The position numbers were made by a program, and so were the translations under genes. Positions 19,108 through 28,497 of a DNA stretch of 64,000 bases are shown piece after piece; the stretch's first letter is position 1, and the number at the start of each line of letters is the position of its first letter. The notes below the pieces were generated by a model. It saw only the letters and a program-made list of their open reading frames with translations. It was not told the origin of the DNA and did no database searches. The stretch comes from Candidatus Caldarchaeum sp. (GTDB lineage: Archaea; Thermoproteota; Nitrososphaeria_A; Caldarchaeales; Caldarchaeaceae), in contig JAVZZH010000001.1 in the NCBI GenBank assembly GCA_038885755.1, positions 352,001-416,000 on the forward strand, read 5' to 3'.

Positions 19108-20478
19108 TTACCCCACCTCCTTGAGGAGTCTAACGTAGCTGTCTATGTCCTGCTTGCTGTGCACCTCAGTGACCGCTGTGAGGATGGCTTCATCGAGCTT
19201 GGGGTAGCCGGGTCCGAGCTTCAGACCGCCGACGATTCCATGCTCGAGGAGGTGCTTGAGAACTTTTGAGCATTCTACATCCTCGAAACGGTAGGCGAAC
19301 TCCATGTAGTGCGGTGCCTCAATCAACGGTATTCTAACTCCTTGAGAGTTCTTCATCTTTTCGATGAAGTAGCTTGTTTTGTCGAAGATGTGTCTAGCCA
19401 AATCTCTCAGCCCGTTCTTGCCGAGCAGGGAGAGGTAGGCGGCTGCGGCCACGGCGCAGAGCGCTTGATTAGTACATATGTTTGAAGTTGCTTTCTCTCT
19501 TTTGATGTCCTGCTCCCTAGCTCTGAGGATCATGGTGAATGCTCGTTTCCCGTCTGTCAAGGATTCTGTCATGCCGACAAGCCTTCCGGGCATGCTGTGG
19601 ACCAGCCTCCGTTCATACCTGCATCCCAAGATCCCGAGCAGAGGTCCTCCGAAGCTCATCGGAAGCCCGATCGGCTGTCCCTCGCCCACGACAACGTCGG
19701 CGCCATACTCGCCGGGAGGTGTGAATAGGCCGAGAGAGGTCGGCTCAGCACCCACGACGAACAAGGCACCCGCGTCGTGCGCTATCTCTCCAACAGCCTT
19801 CACATTCCTGACAACGGCTCCGACGTAGGTCGGGTTCTCAACGTAGACCGCAGATGTTTCGCTGTCGATTGTATTCTTGAGGCTCTCCTCGTCGACCAAC
19901 GCCTTGTAGTCTACGGGTACCGTCTCGATTTTAACGCCGAGGGGTTGTGTGTATGTTTTTGCGACCCTCAAGCGTTCAGGGCTGCATAGCTCAACGACCA
20001 AAACCTTCCTACGGCCGTTGTACCGGAACGCCATCCGTAAAGCCTCTCCGAGGGCCGTCGCCCAGTCGTACATCGACGAGTTGACGACGTCCACGCCGTA
20101 GAGGTCTGCGGCGAGGCTTTGAAACTCGAACAAAGCCGTCAGCATCCCCTGCGAGGCCTCCGGCTGGTATGGGGTGTAGCTGGTCAGGAACTCAGACCTC
20201 GAAACTATCTCCTTGACGGCGGCTGGAACGTAGTGTGGCCAAACGCCTCCTCCTATGAAAAGCTTCAGCCCAGCCCTGTTCTTGCCGAGAATGCTTCTAA
20301 TCTTTTCGACAACCTCCTGCTCCGACAAGCCGGGCCCTATGGCAGGGGGGCTGGGCAGGATGTATTTGGACGGTATGTCTGAATACAGGTCCATGGGGCT
20401 TGAAACACCAACAGCCTCGAGCATCTTCCGCAAGTCTTCCTCTGTGTGGTGGCTGAGGTAGGCGGCTTTTTCAACCAT
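19108..20478 (-). CDS. gcvPA: Glycine dehydrogenase subunit A
   Basis: YTPYQPEASQG, REQDIKREKATSNICTNQAL. Confidence 0.97.
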   Translation of the reverse strand: MVEKAAYLSHHTEEDLRKMLEAVGVSSPMDLYSDIPSKYILPSPPAIGPGLSEQEVVEKIRSILGKNRAGLKLFIGGGVWPHYVPAAVKEIVSRSEFLTSYTPYQPEASQGMLTALFEFQSLAADLYGVDVVNSSMYDWATALGEALRMAFRYNGRRKVLVVELCSPERLRVAKTYTQPLGVKIETVPVDYKALVDEESLKNTIDSETSAVYVENPTYVGAVVRNVKAVGEIAHDAGALFVVGAEPTSLGLFTPPGEYGADVVVGEGQPIGLPMSFGGPLLGILGCRYERRLVHSMPGRLVGMTESLTDGKRAFTMILRAREQDIKREKATSNICTNQALCAVAAAAYLSLLGKNGLRDLARHIFDKTSYFIEKMKNSQGVRIPLIEAPHYMEFAYRFEDVECSKVLKHLLEHGIVGGLKLGPGYPKLDEAILTAVTEVHSKQDIDSYVRLLKEVG

Positions 20479-20550
20479 GTCCGTGCACTAATCCTCCTAA
20501 AGACACCTATTAGCGATAGCGTTTAAAGCATGCTTCCATAAACCACGTGC

Positions 20551-21231
20551 ATGAACCTCAGCTTTCCAGCGATAATCCTCAACTTCAAGTCCTACAGGGA
20601 GGCTATCGGCAGGCGAGGGCTTGAGCTAGCCAAGACAGCTGAGAGGGTTTCGTCGGATACAGGAGTCCAAGTAGCCGTCTGCCCCAACGTCGTCAACCTA
20701 GAGACCGTTGCGAAGACCGTGTCCGTACCGGTTCTCGCTCAACACTGCGACCCATTCGAGGCAGGGCCCTACACAGGGGCCGTGGTCGCTGAATCGCTCA
20801 AAGAAATAGGTGTTTCAGGGTCCCTGCTCAACCACTCGGAGAAGAGGCTCAAGCTATCGGACATCGCATCGACCGTTGCGAGGCTGCGGGGCCTGGGCCT
20901 GGCTTCTGTTGTATGCGCCGACGACTTATATGCCGCTGTCTCCGCGGCTGCGCTGGAGCCCGAGGCCTTGGCCGTGGAACCCCCCGAGTTGATAGGTACC
21001 GGTGTTTCGGTTTCGACCGCTAGGCCTGAGGTTGTTTCCGGGGCTGTTGAGAAAGTGAAGAGGGTCAGCACGCGTGTTCATGTTCTCTGCGGAGCAGGTG
21101 TATCGAGCGGGGATGATGTCAGAAGGGCTCTGGAGCTGGGTTCTGAAGGAGTTCTACTCTCTAGCGCATACGTCAAGAGCCGAGAACCGGAGAAGCTCCT
21201 AAGAGAGATGTGCCGAGCTATGCTATTCTGA
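20551..21231 (+). CDS. tpiA: Triosephosphate isomerase (archaeal type)
   Basis: NFKSY, NHSE, AVEPPELIGTG, LCGAG. Confidence 0.96.
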   Translation: MNLSFPAIILNFKSYREAIGRRGLELAKTAERVSSDTGVQVAVCPNVVNLETVAKTVSVPVLAQHCDPFEAGPYTGAVVAESLKEIGVSGSLLNHSEKRLKLSDIASTVARLRGLGLASVVCADDLYAAVSAAALEPEALAVEPPELIGTGVSVSTARPEVVSGAVEKVKRVSTRVHVLCGAGVSSGDDVRRALELGSEGVLLSSAYVKSREPEKLLREMCRAMLF

Positions 21232-21609
21232 AGACAGTTCATACCAGATACTCTTTCCCGCGGCGTCGAAGACGTGAAAATCACTCTCGTCCATGTAGGG
21301 CGGCGTGACGATGACCATTATTCTGCCGATGAAGTTGTTGAGGTCTTCGACGGAGGGCCGGCCTACTCCGGACGGATGGGAATGTGCGATGCCTAGGATG
21401 GAAAGGTCGATGGGCATGGCGTAGGGGTTGAAGGAAGAAAAGTCCTCGCCGTAAACAGACTGAGGCGGAAGCGAAACCTCCTCGACAACCACAACGTTTT
21501 TAACGTGTTTTCCATGCAGGAGAGCTATAACCTCGTTGGGATGAACCTCTCTAGCCATAGCCAGAACAAGTTCAAAGCAGTCTCTCCTTATAACGACCTT
21601 CTCCACCAT
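21223..21609 (-). CDS. JAMM/MPN+ metalloprotease
   Basis: E..HSHPSG..PS..D motif. Confidence 0.88.
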   Translation of the reverse strand: MVEKVVIRRDCFELVLAMAREVHPNEVIALLHGKHVKNVVVVEEVSLPPQSVYGEDFSSFNPYAMPIDLSILGIAHSHPSGVGRPSVEDLNNFIGRIMVIVTPPYMDESDFHVFDAAGKSIWYELSSE

Positions 21610-21613
21610 GGCC

Positions 21614-22246
21614 TCATTTTCTCGGCCTTCTCACTCCCGCCACTATATATTCAACTGAGTCGCCGATGTAAGTAGCGTGGTCAGCTATACGCTCAAGATA
21701 ACGGAGCATCAACATTACAGCCATGTCGCATTTCTTCGAACCCTCCCGCTTTATGCTCTGGTCGACATGGTCTCGGTAGGCTCGGTCTATGAATGTGTCT
21801 AGCTTTTCAAGCTCGTAAGCCAAGTCAACCTTTTTCTCTATGAAGCTCTTGATGCTTATGTCAAGCATCTCCTTGACTATGGAGCTAACCGCCGAGACAA
21901 CTTGCTTCTCACAATCCTCGAGCTTGCCGAAGGTCGGTATAATCTGGGCGATGTCGTAAGCGTACCTGCCGAAGCGTGAGAACCCGTAGGCCACCTCCAT
22001 AGCTGACCTCAAGAACCTCAAATCTCCGGCGACAGGCTGGTACCGGGCTATGAGCTCTACCGACATGTCGGAGACCTCGTCCTGCAGCCAGCGCAGCTTC
22101 TCAGAGAGTCCGAAAACCTCTTCCTGAAGGTTAATCCCCTCCATGAAGCTTTTTACAGCAAGGTCGACAGCCTTCATGCTCAGCTCAGCCATGTCGCTCA
22201 GCATGTTGACAACCCTCTCCAGACCGATGTCCATTAACCGTGGCAT
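21614..22246 (-). CDS. phoU: Phosphate signalling protein PhoU
   Basis: IARYQPVAGDLR, LERIADHA; last pst gene. Confidence 0.92.
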   Translation of the reverse strand: MPRLMDIGLERVVNMLSDMAELSMKAVDLAVKSFMEGINLQEEVFGLSEKLRWLQDEVSDMSVELIARYQPVAGDLRFLRSAMEVAYGFSRFGRYAYDIAQIIPTFGKLEDCEKQVVSAVSSIVKEMLDISIKSFIEKKVDLAYELEKLDTFIDRAYRDHVDQSIKREGSKKCDMAVMLMLRYLERIADHATYIGDSVEYIVAGVRRPRK

Positions 22247-22250
22247 GTCG

Positions 22251-23078
22251 TCACCCTATTCTGCCGGAAATGTAGTCCTCTGTTCTCTTGTCTCTTGGGT
22301 TTGTGAATATCTCCTTGGTCGGGCCGAATTCTATCAGCCTGCCTACCATGGACTCGTCGGGCATCATCACAGCCGTGTAATCGGAAACTCTAGCAGCTTG
22401 CTGCATATTGTGCGTGACTATGATTATTGTGTAGTTTGTTGATATGCTGCGTAGCAGCTGCTCTATCTTAGCAGTCGATATAGGGTCGAGCGAAACCGTC
22501 GGCTCGTCGAGAAGAATGACTTCAGGGTCTATCGCCAAGGTCCTTGCGATGCATAGACGCTGCTGCTGCCCGCCTGAGAGAGAGTAGGCTGGCGCGTCTA
22601 GCCTGTCCTTGACCTCGTCCCAAAGCGCTGCCTTCTCCAGAGCGTCCTTGACTTTTTCACGGAGTTGCTGGCGAGTGAGCTTAAACTCGTTTACCTTTAG
22701 CCCGAAAGCTACGTTGTCGAAGACAGACATGGGGAATGGGTTTGGGCGCTGGAAGACCATGCCTATGACGGACCTGATGGCTACAGGGTCGACCTCACGG
22801 CTGTAAATATCCACTCCACGGTACATTACCCTGCCCTCGACTTTTGCGTCTGGAATCAGGTCGTTCATCCTGTTCAGACACCTAAGAAGCGTAGACTTAC
22901 CGCATCCGGATGGACCTATGATGGCTGTTATCTTATCCCTCTCGAACTTGATGTTTATGTCCGCTATGGCTTGCTTTCGCCCATACTTCACGGATAAATC
23001 CTGTGTCTCTAAGACTACTCGTCCTTCGTACATCTCCGGCTTCGACTTCTCCGCCAAAACCTGCTTAACCCAGCTCAT
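22251..23078 (-). CDS. pstB: Phosphate ABC transporter ATPase
   Basis: [31 protein letters not shown]. Confidence 0.96.
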   Translation of the reverse strand: MSWVKQVLAEKSKPEMYEGRVVLETQDLSVKYGRKQAIADINIKFERDKITAIIGPSGCGKSTLLRCLNRMNDLIPDAKVEGRVMYRGVDIYSREVDPVAIRSVIGMVFQRPNPFPMSVFDNVAFGLKVNEFKLTRQQLREKVKDALEKAALWDEVKDRLDAPAYSLSGGQQQRLCIARTLAIDPEVILLDEPTVSLDPISTAKIEQLLRSISTNYTIIIVTHNMQQAARVSDYTAVMMPDESMVGRLIEFGPTKEIFTNPRDKRTEDYISGRIG

Positions 23079-23972
23079 TTATAACGTCACCCTCCTCTGG
23101 TACCTGTACCTGACGGCTATCGCCGCCGAGTTGAGCGAAAGAAGCATTAGAAGCAGGACAACTATTGCGGCTGAAGAAAGCTCTTGGAAAGCAGCCTGAG
23201 GCCTGCTGACCCAGTTGAAGATTTGGAGGGGCATGACTGTGAACCTGTCGAAGATACTCGTGGGGTCCTCACGGATGAACAGAAGCCCGCTAATGACTAG
23301 TATGGGCGCCGCCTCCCCTATCGCTCTTGATATGGCTAGGATGGCTCCTGTCATCATCATCGGAACGGCTCTCGGCAGGATGATATACCTAGTGACCTGG
23401 AGCTTGGTTGCTCCTAGGGCGTACGCGCCCAGCTTGAGGGCTTCGGGGACGGTTTTTATGGCTTCGGCTGCGGCGACGGTGACTAGAGGCAGGGTCATGG
23501 TGGCTAGCGTGAAGGCTCCGGCTATGATAGACCTTCCCCATCCAAGACCGTATGTTAGGATGCTCAAGCCTACTAGGCCGAAAACTATTGAAGGCACTCC
23601 TGCCAGGTTAGCCATGTTTAACTCGAAGAAACGCCTCACGTATTTGTTCCGAGACCATTCGGTCAGGTAGAGAGCGGCACAGATCCCCAGTGGAACACAA
23701 ATTAAAGCGGCTAGGCTCACCGTCCACAAGCTTCCTAGGAACGCCGACCTCATTCCCGCTTGGTTGGGGTTGGGTGAAGGATACTCGAAGATAAGGTTCC
23801 AGCTCAGCCTTGTGTACCCGTTTGACAGAACCGTGAAAAGCAGCGACGCAACCGTCGCAACGCCTATGAAAACCCCCAACGACAGTATGAACGGAGTAAT
23901 GGCGTCCAGCGCCTTCTTCGTACGGCCTCTTCTAGTCGAGAGGACTTGGGTGTTCAGTAGCGTATCTGCCAC
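23079..23972 (-). CDS. pstA: Phosphate ABC permease
   Basis: LAGVPSIVFG, RAIGEAAP. Confidence 0.95.
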   Translation of the reverse strand: MADTLLNTQVLSTRRGRTKKALDAITPFILSLGVFIGVATVASLLFTVLSNGYTRLSWNLIFEYPSPNPNQAGMRSAFLGSLWTVSLAALICVPLGICAALYLTEWSRNKYVRRFFELNMANLAGVPSIVFGLVGLSILTYGLGWGRSIIAGAFTLATMTLPLVTVAAAEAIKTVPEALKLGAYALGATKLQVTRYIILPRAVPMMMTGAILAISRAIGEAAPILVISGLLFIREDPTSIFDRFTVMPLQIFNWVSRPQAAFQELSSAAIVVLLLMLLSLNSAAIAVRYRYQRRVTL

Positions 23973-24880
23973 CTCCTGACTATCGCTAAGGCTACTAGGT
24001 TGAATATCATCGTTATGATGAAAAGCACCAAGCCGACGGCGAATATTGACTGGTACTCGATCGTCCCGTGGGGTGCGTCTCCGGTCGCGACCTGAGCTAT
24101 GAAAGCCGTCATCGTCTCCATCGACTCACGTGGGTCGAACGACATAACCACCCTGAACCCGCCAGCGATGGCCGCTATCATCGTCTCACCCATAGCTCTG
24201 GTGAATGCTAGGATTATCGAGGCTAGGATGCCTGACAGGGATGCCGGCAGGATGACCCTGAACACCACGTCTATCTTCCTCGCCCCGAGTGCGTAAGCGG
24301 CTTGTCTAAAGTCCTCGGGGACTGAGTACATGGCGTCCTCGCTTAGGGACGAGACTATCGGAATGATTAACACGCCTATCATAAGCCCAACTGCTAGGGC
24401 GCTGTGGATGCCTAATCCGGGAATCAATGGTCTCAGTAGATTGGGCGCTATGAAGTAGAGAGCGAAGTATCCGTATACAACTGTGGGGATTCCAGCCAAC
24501 AGCTCGATGATGCTCTTCAGAGGCCTTCTGACGGAGGGTCTGGCGTACTCGCTCAAGTAGATTGCCGTAGCCAGGCCTGCTGGGACGGCTACGACAAGGG
24601 CTATGGCTGAAGTTATTGCTGTTGCGGTCAAGAGCGGAAGAACGCCGAACTTCTTTTCAGAGAAGAGAACACTCCACTCTGTCCCCGTCAAAAACTCGGA
24701 GACGGGTACTGCGCTGAAGAAGATGCTGGACTCTAATGCAAGAGACCCTACAATAACCATGATGCTGATAAATGCTACAGAAGAGGTTAGCAACAAAAAT
24801 AGGTTGGTGATTTTTGTGTTCCTGTTTCTCCTGCGGGCGCTTTCGACTATTTCTCTCGGGAGGATTTGGGTCTGGCTCAT
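23954..24880 (-). CDS. pstC: Phosphate ABC permease
   Basis: ELLAGIPTVVYG, RAMGETM. Confidence 0.95.
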   Translation of the reverse strand: MSQTQILPREIVESARRRNRNTKITNLFLLLTSSVAFISIMVIVGSLALESSIFFSAVPVSEFLTGTEWSVLFSEKKFGVLPLLTATAITSAIALVVAVPAGLATAIYLSEYARPSVRRPLKSIIELLAGIPTVVYGYFALYFIAPNLLRPLIPGLGIHSALAVGLMIGVLIIPIVSSLSEDAMYSVPEDFRQAAYALGARKIDVVFRVILPASLSGILASIILAFTRAMGETMIAAIAGGFRVVMSFDPRESMETMTAFIAQVATGDAPHGTIEYQSIFAVGLVLFIITMIFNLVALAIVRRWQIRY

Positions 24881-24891
24881 TCAGAATTCCC

Positions 24892-25998
24892 TTAATGTGG
24901 TCCCGCTGGCTTGTTTTTGAGGAAGGCCAGTTCGTACAGTCCATCGAATATGTTGTTCTTCAGCAGAACAGTTGCCTTTACGTAGTAGTGGTCGGGGAAC
25001 TGGGTGTACGAAACTTTCTTGGCGAACCTAGCTCCGTTCTCGACGTAGTATATCACGAATTCCCTGAGAGCCGGTTTCATGTCCCATGATTTCTTGTTGA
25101 CGTATATAAACAGTGGTCTCGACAGCGGATATTCGAACGTGCTGGCTGTTTGGTCGTTCGGCTCGATGCACTGTCCTCCCGCCGTGTCGTCCCTAACTAG
25201 AAGGGCCCTGATCTTCGCTTGAGCTTCAGGGTAGTAGGCGTAGCCGAAGTAGCCGAGAGCATACTTCTCCGCCTCAACTCCTGCAACCAACACGTTGTCA
25301 TCCTCGGATGCTATATAGTCCGTCCTGCTGGCTTTGGATTTTCCGTTAACCCTCTCCGTGAAGTAGTCGAAGGTTCCAGAGTCAGGCCCAGGGCCGTACA
25401 GCTTTATCGGCTGGTTCGGCCATTCAGGCCTTACATCGCGCCATGTTCTGACTTGGCTGTTGGGCTCCCATATCTTCTTCAGCTCCGATATTGTTATGCA
25501 GTCAACCCAGTCGTTCTGTCTGTTGACGACAACCACCAGAGCGTCTATTGCCACGGGGACCTCTATCCACGATATACCGTTCTTGACGGCTGCTTCGTCC
25601 TCGGCCTTTGTTATTGGACGGGATGCGTCGTTGATGTCTGTCTCTCCGGCGACAAACCGCTTGAATCCTCCGCCTGTTCCTGAAATGCCTACTGATATCG
25701 AGACCTTGGGATATCTTTTCATGAACTCTGTAGCGACGGCCTCAGTTATTGGATACACCGTGCTGGATCCGTCGACCTCGATCTTGCCCGAGAGCTCTAG
25801 CGGAGTGGTTTCAACCCTTACTTGAACCGTGGTGGTCAAGGTTCGTGTAATGGTGGCCCCCGTTCCTTGGACGACCGTTGTCGTTAAGGTTGTTGGGGTT
25901 GTGAAGGATGGGCCTATGAAGATTCCCGCTACTAGTCCTACCACCAGCGAGGCTACGATTGCTGCCACAGTCGATGTTGTTGCTGCTTTCCTGTTCAT
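24892..25998 (-). CDS. pstS: Phosphate ABC substrate-binding protein
   Basis: DGSSTVYP, SGTGGG, SGTFDYF; N-terminal TM and Thr-rich linker. Confidence 0.95.
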   Translation of the reverse strand: MNRKAATTSTVAAIVASLVVGLVAGIFIGPSFTTPTTLTTTVVQGTGATITRTLTTTVQVRVETTPLELSGKIEVDGSSTVYPITEAVATEFMKRYPKVSISVGISGTGGGFKRFVAGETDINDASRPITKAEDEAAVKNGISWIEVPVAIDALVVVVNRQNDWVDCITISELKKIWEPNSQVRTWRDVRPEWPNQPIKLYGPGPDSGTFDYFTERVNGKSKASRTDYIASEDDNVLVAGVEAEKYALGYFGYAYYPEAQAKIRALLVRDDTAGGQCIEPNDQTASTFEYPLSRPLFIYVNKKSWDMKPALREFVIYYVENGARFAKKVSYTQFPDHYYVKATVLLKNNIFDGLYELAFLKNKPAGPH

Positions 25999-26024
25999 GG
26001 CGGCTGGAGGTCGTTAAAGCTCAA

Positions 26025-26081
26025 TATATAGATGGGCGTAATGGAATATTTTCGAACCAAATCCATATATTCATCTATATA
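26025..26081. promoter_or_regulatory. Divergent pstS/regulator promoter with 10-bp inverted repeat TATATAGATG-N37-CATCTATATA
   Basis: Perfect inverted repeat at 26025-26034 and 26072-26081, at or next to the TATA-like elements. Confidence 0.55.
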
Positions 26082-26096
26082 CCACCATAATCGAGT

Positions 26097-27077
26097 ATGG
26101 AGGTCTACACGAGACGCATCCAAAGGACAGGTAGAAGCACCTACGTCGTCTCCCTGCCCAAACAATGGGTTGAGGCCAACAGGCTCAGCCGTTTCGACCA
26201 GCTGAAGCTAGTAGTGACCGAAGGGGGTGTGCTCATCGTTCCTGACAGACCTAGGGAGGTGGCTCAGGCCGAGATAATGGCTGCCGAGGAAAACACCCCC
26301 CTAGATGTGGTGAGGCTCATCTTCTCCAAATACCTAGCAGGCTACAGCAGGATCAAGGTGGTGTTCCCAAGCTACACGCCGACGACCATCTCATACCTCA
26401 AGGAGGTGATTAGGAGATGGCTTGTGGGAGTGGAGATAGTTGAAGAGTCTGCCGGGGAGCTGGTGGCCCAGTGCATCCCGATGCATGACAGCCTGCCTGT
26501 GAAGACATCGGTCGAAAGGATGGCGGGCATAACCGCTAACATGGTCAAGGACGCTGTTATGGCCTTCACCAACGCAGACTTGGGCTTGGCTGAGGAGGTT
26601 ATCAAGCGGGATGACGAGGTGGACCGTTTCTATCATTTCGTAGTGAGACAGCTCAACATAGCCGTCAAGGATTACACAACTCTCCGTTCATTGGATCTGA
26701 ACGACCCGAGCGAATGCATAGTATACGCCTTGGTGGCCAAGAACATCGAGAGAGCAGCAGACCACGCCGTTTCTATTTGCAGACACACCGTTAGCCTGAA
26801 GAGCTATCAGCCCGAGGGCCAAGACCTCTCCGCCTTGGCTGAAGAGATCACGAGCATCTTCAGGCGTTCACTCCAAAGCCTTCTGAACTCGAACCTCCAG
26901 CTGGCGAGCAAGACGTTGGAGATGGCGGCTGAGAGTGTTTTGAAGGTGGAGAACTCGGCGCGGCGTTCTAACAAGCCGTTGGCTGAGACGCACTACTTGC
27001 TTGTGCTGGGAAGCTTGAGGAGGATCCTAGAGTATGCTGAAGATATCGCCGAGGCCGCTGTCAACGTCTCAAGTTAG
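26097..27077 (+). CDS. AbrB-PhoU phosphate uptake regulator
   Basis: [19 protein letters not shown] (AbrB), [15 protein letters not shown]. Confidence 0.9.
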   Translation: MEVYTRRIQRTGRSTYVVSLPKQWVEANRLSRFDQLKLVVTEGGVLIVPDRPREVAQAEIMAAEENTPLDVVRLIFSKYLAGYSRIKVVFPSYTPTTISYLKEVIRRWLVGVEIVEESAGELVAQCIPMHDSLPVKTSVERMAGITANMVKDAVMAFTNADLGLAEEVIKRDDEVDRFYHFVVRQLNIAVKDYTTLRSLDLNDPSECIVYALVAKNIERAADHAVSICRHTVSLKSYQPEGQDLSALAEEITSIFRRSLQSLLNSNLQLASKTLEMAAESVLKVENSARRSNKPLAETHYLLVLGSLRRILEYAEDIAEAAVNVSS

Positions 27078-27370
27078 AGTAGGCTGTTTATGGCCTTTGC
27101 CAGCTTTACGTCGTATGTGCTGAGGCCTTTCAAGTCGTGGGTTGTGAGCCAGATTTCTACACGGTTGTAGACGTTGAACCATTCGGGGTGATGCTGGAGC
27201 TTCTCCGCCTCGAGCGCGACTCTCACCATGAAACCCATGGCTTCGACGAAGTCTCTAAACTCGAAAAGACGGTACAGCTTACCGTCTCTCAACGACCAGC
27301 CGGGCCCAACCAGTTCAGAGACCTTCTCCAACTCCTTCTGAGTCAGAAGACGGTATTCATCGTCTTCCAT
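27074..27370 (-). CDS. phhB: Pterin-4-alpha-carbinolamine dehydratase
   Basis: [20 protein letters not shown]. Confidence 0.93.
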   Translation of the reverse strand: MEDDEYRLLTQKELEKVSELVGPGWSLRDGKLYRLFEFRDFVEAMGFMVRVALEAEKLQHHPEWFNVYNRVEIWLTTHDLKGLSTYDVKLAKAINSLL

Positions 27371-27414
27371 GCCGGGTTAACCGGCCAGTCGGCTATTATA
27401 CTGTGTGCACCTAC

Positions 27415-28497
27415 TTAATGCATCAGACCGGCTCTGAGGAAGTGGTCGGCCAGCACAAACGCAACCACCGCCTCCACTATGGGGACCGCTCGGGGCACTA
27501 CGCACGGGTCGTGGCGGCCCGGAACCACTAGGCTCGTCTCGCTCATCGTCGAGAGGTCGACGGTTTTTTGCTGACGAGCTATTGAGGAGGCGGGCTTGAA
27601 CCCCACCCTCACCACCAGCGGCATCCCGGTCGTGAGGCCTCCAAGCACTCCTCCAGCGTTGTTCGTCGCGGTCCTCACCCTTCCATCCTCGATTATGAAG
27701 GGGTCGTTGTTCTCTGAACCGGAGAGCCTAGAGCTCTCGAACCCACGGCCGAACTCGACGGCTTTTACTGCGGGTATCGAGAAAAGTGCTCTGCTGAGGT
27801 CGGAGTCTATCGAGCTGAAGACAGGTTCGCCCAGCCCCACCGGCAGGTTGAGGGCCATGCACTCGACGATACCTCCCACGCTGTCTCCCCTATGCCTGCT
27901 CTCCAGTATGGCTTTCCTCATCCTTTCAGCCGTTTCGGGTTCTGGGCATCTAACCTCGTTGCTGTACCTCCCGGCCCTAACCTGCTCCACCGTCAACGAC
28001 GGGCACTTGATCCCGGCGATCTCATGAGAGTAGGCTAGAACCTCAACCCCGAAACGCTGCAGGAGCTTCTTGGCAACCGCCCCAGCCATCACGTACCCCG
28101 CGGTGATCCTGGCTGAAAACCTGCCTCCGCCCCTGTAGTCGTTAAAACCTCTGTACTTAATCCACGCAGGATAGTCTGCATGACCGGGCCTGGGTTTGTT
28201 CTTTATCTGCTGATAGGGTCTGGAGTCGACGTCTTTGTTCCAGACAACCATCAAGATGGGCGCCCCGGTCGTGTACCCATCATACACTCCTGATAGTATC
28301 TCAACCCGGTCCTCCTCAGCCCTCGTCGTGGAGACGATTGACTGCCCGGGCCTTCTCCTGTCAAGCTCGACCTGGACATCCTCCTCCGAAAGCTCCACTC
28401 CAGGCGGGCATCCGTCTATCAGCACACCAACGCATCTTCCATGGCTTTCGCCGAAGCTCACGACAACAAACCTCTCTCCGATTATGTTGCCTGTCAA
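27415..28497 (-). CDS. aroC: Chorismate synthase
   Basis: FGESHG, RPGHAD, GGRFSAR, GRHDPC. Confidence 0.97.
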   Translation of the reverse strand: MTGNIIGERFVVVSFGESHGRCVGVLIDGCPPGVELSEEDVQVELDRRRPGQSIVSTTRAEEDRVEILSGVYDGYTTGAPILMVVWNKDVDSRPYQQIKNKPRPGHADYPAWIKYRGFNDYRGGGRFSARITAGYVMAGAVAKKLLQRFGVEVLAYSHEIAGIKCPSLTVEQVRAGRYSNEVRCPEPETAERMRKAILESRHRGDSVGGIVECMALNLPVGLGEPVFSSIDSDLSRALFSIPAVKAVEFGRGFESSRLSGSENNDPFIIEDGRVRTATNNAGGVLGGLTTGMPLVVRVGFKPASSIARQQKTVDLSTMSETSLVVPGRHDPCVVPRAVPIVEAVVAFVLADHFLRAGLMH

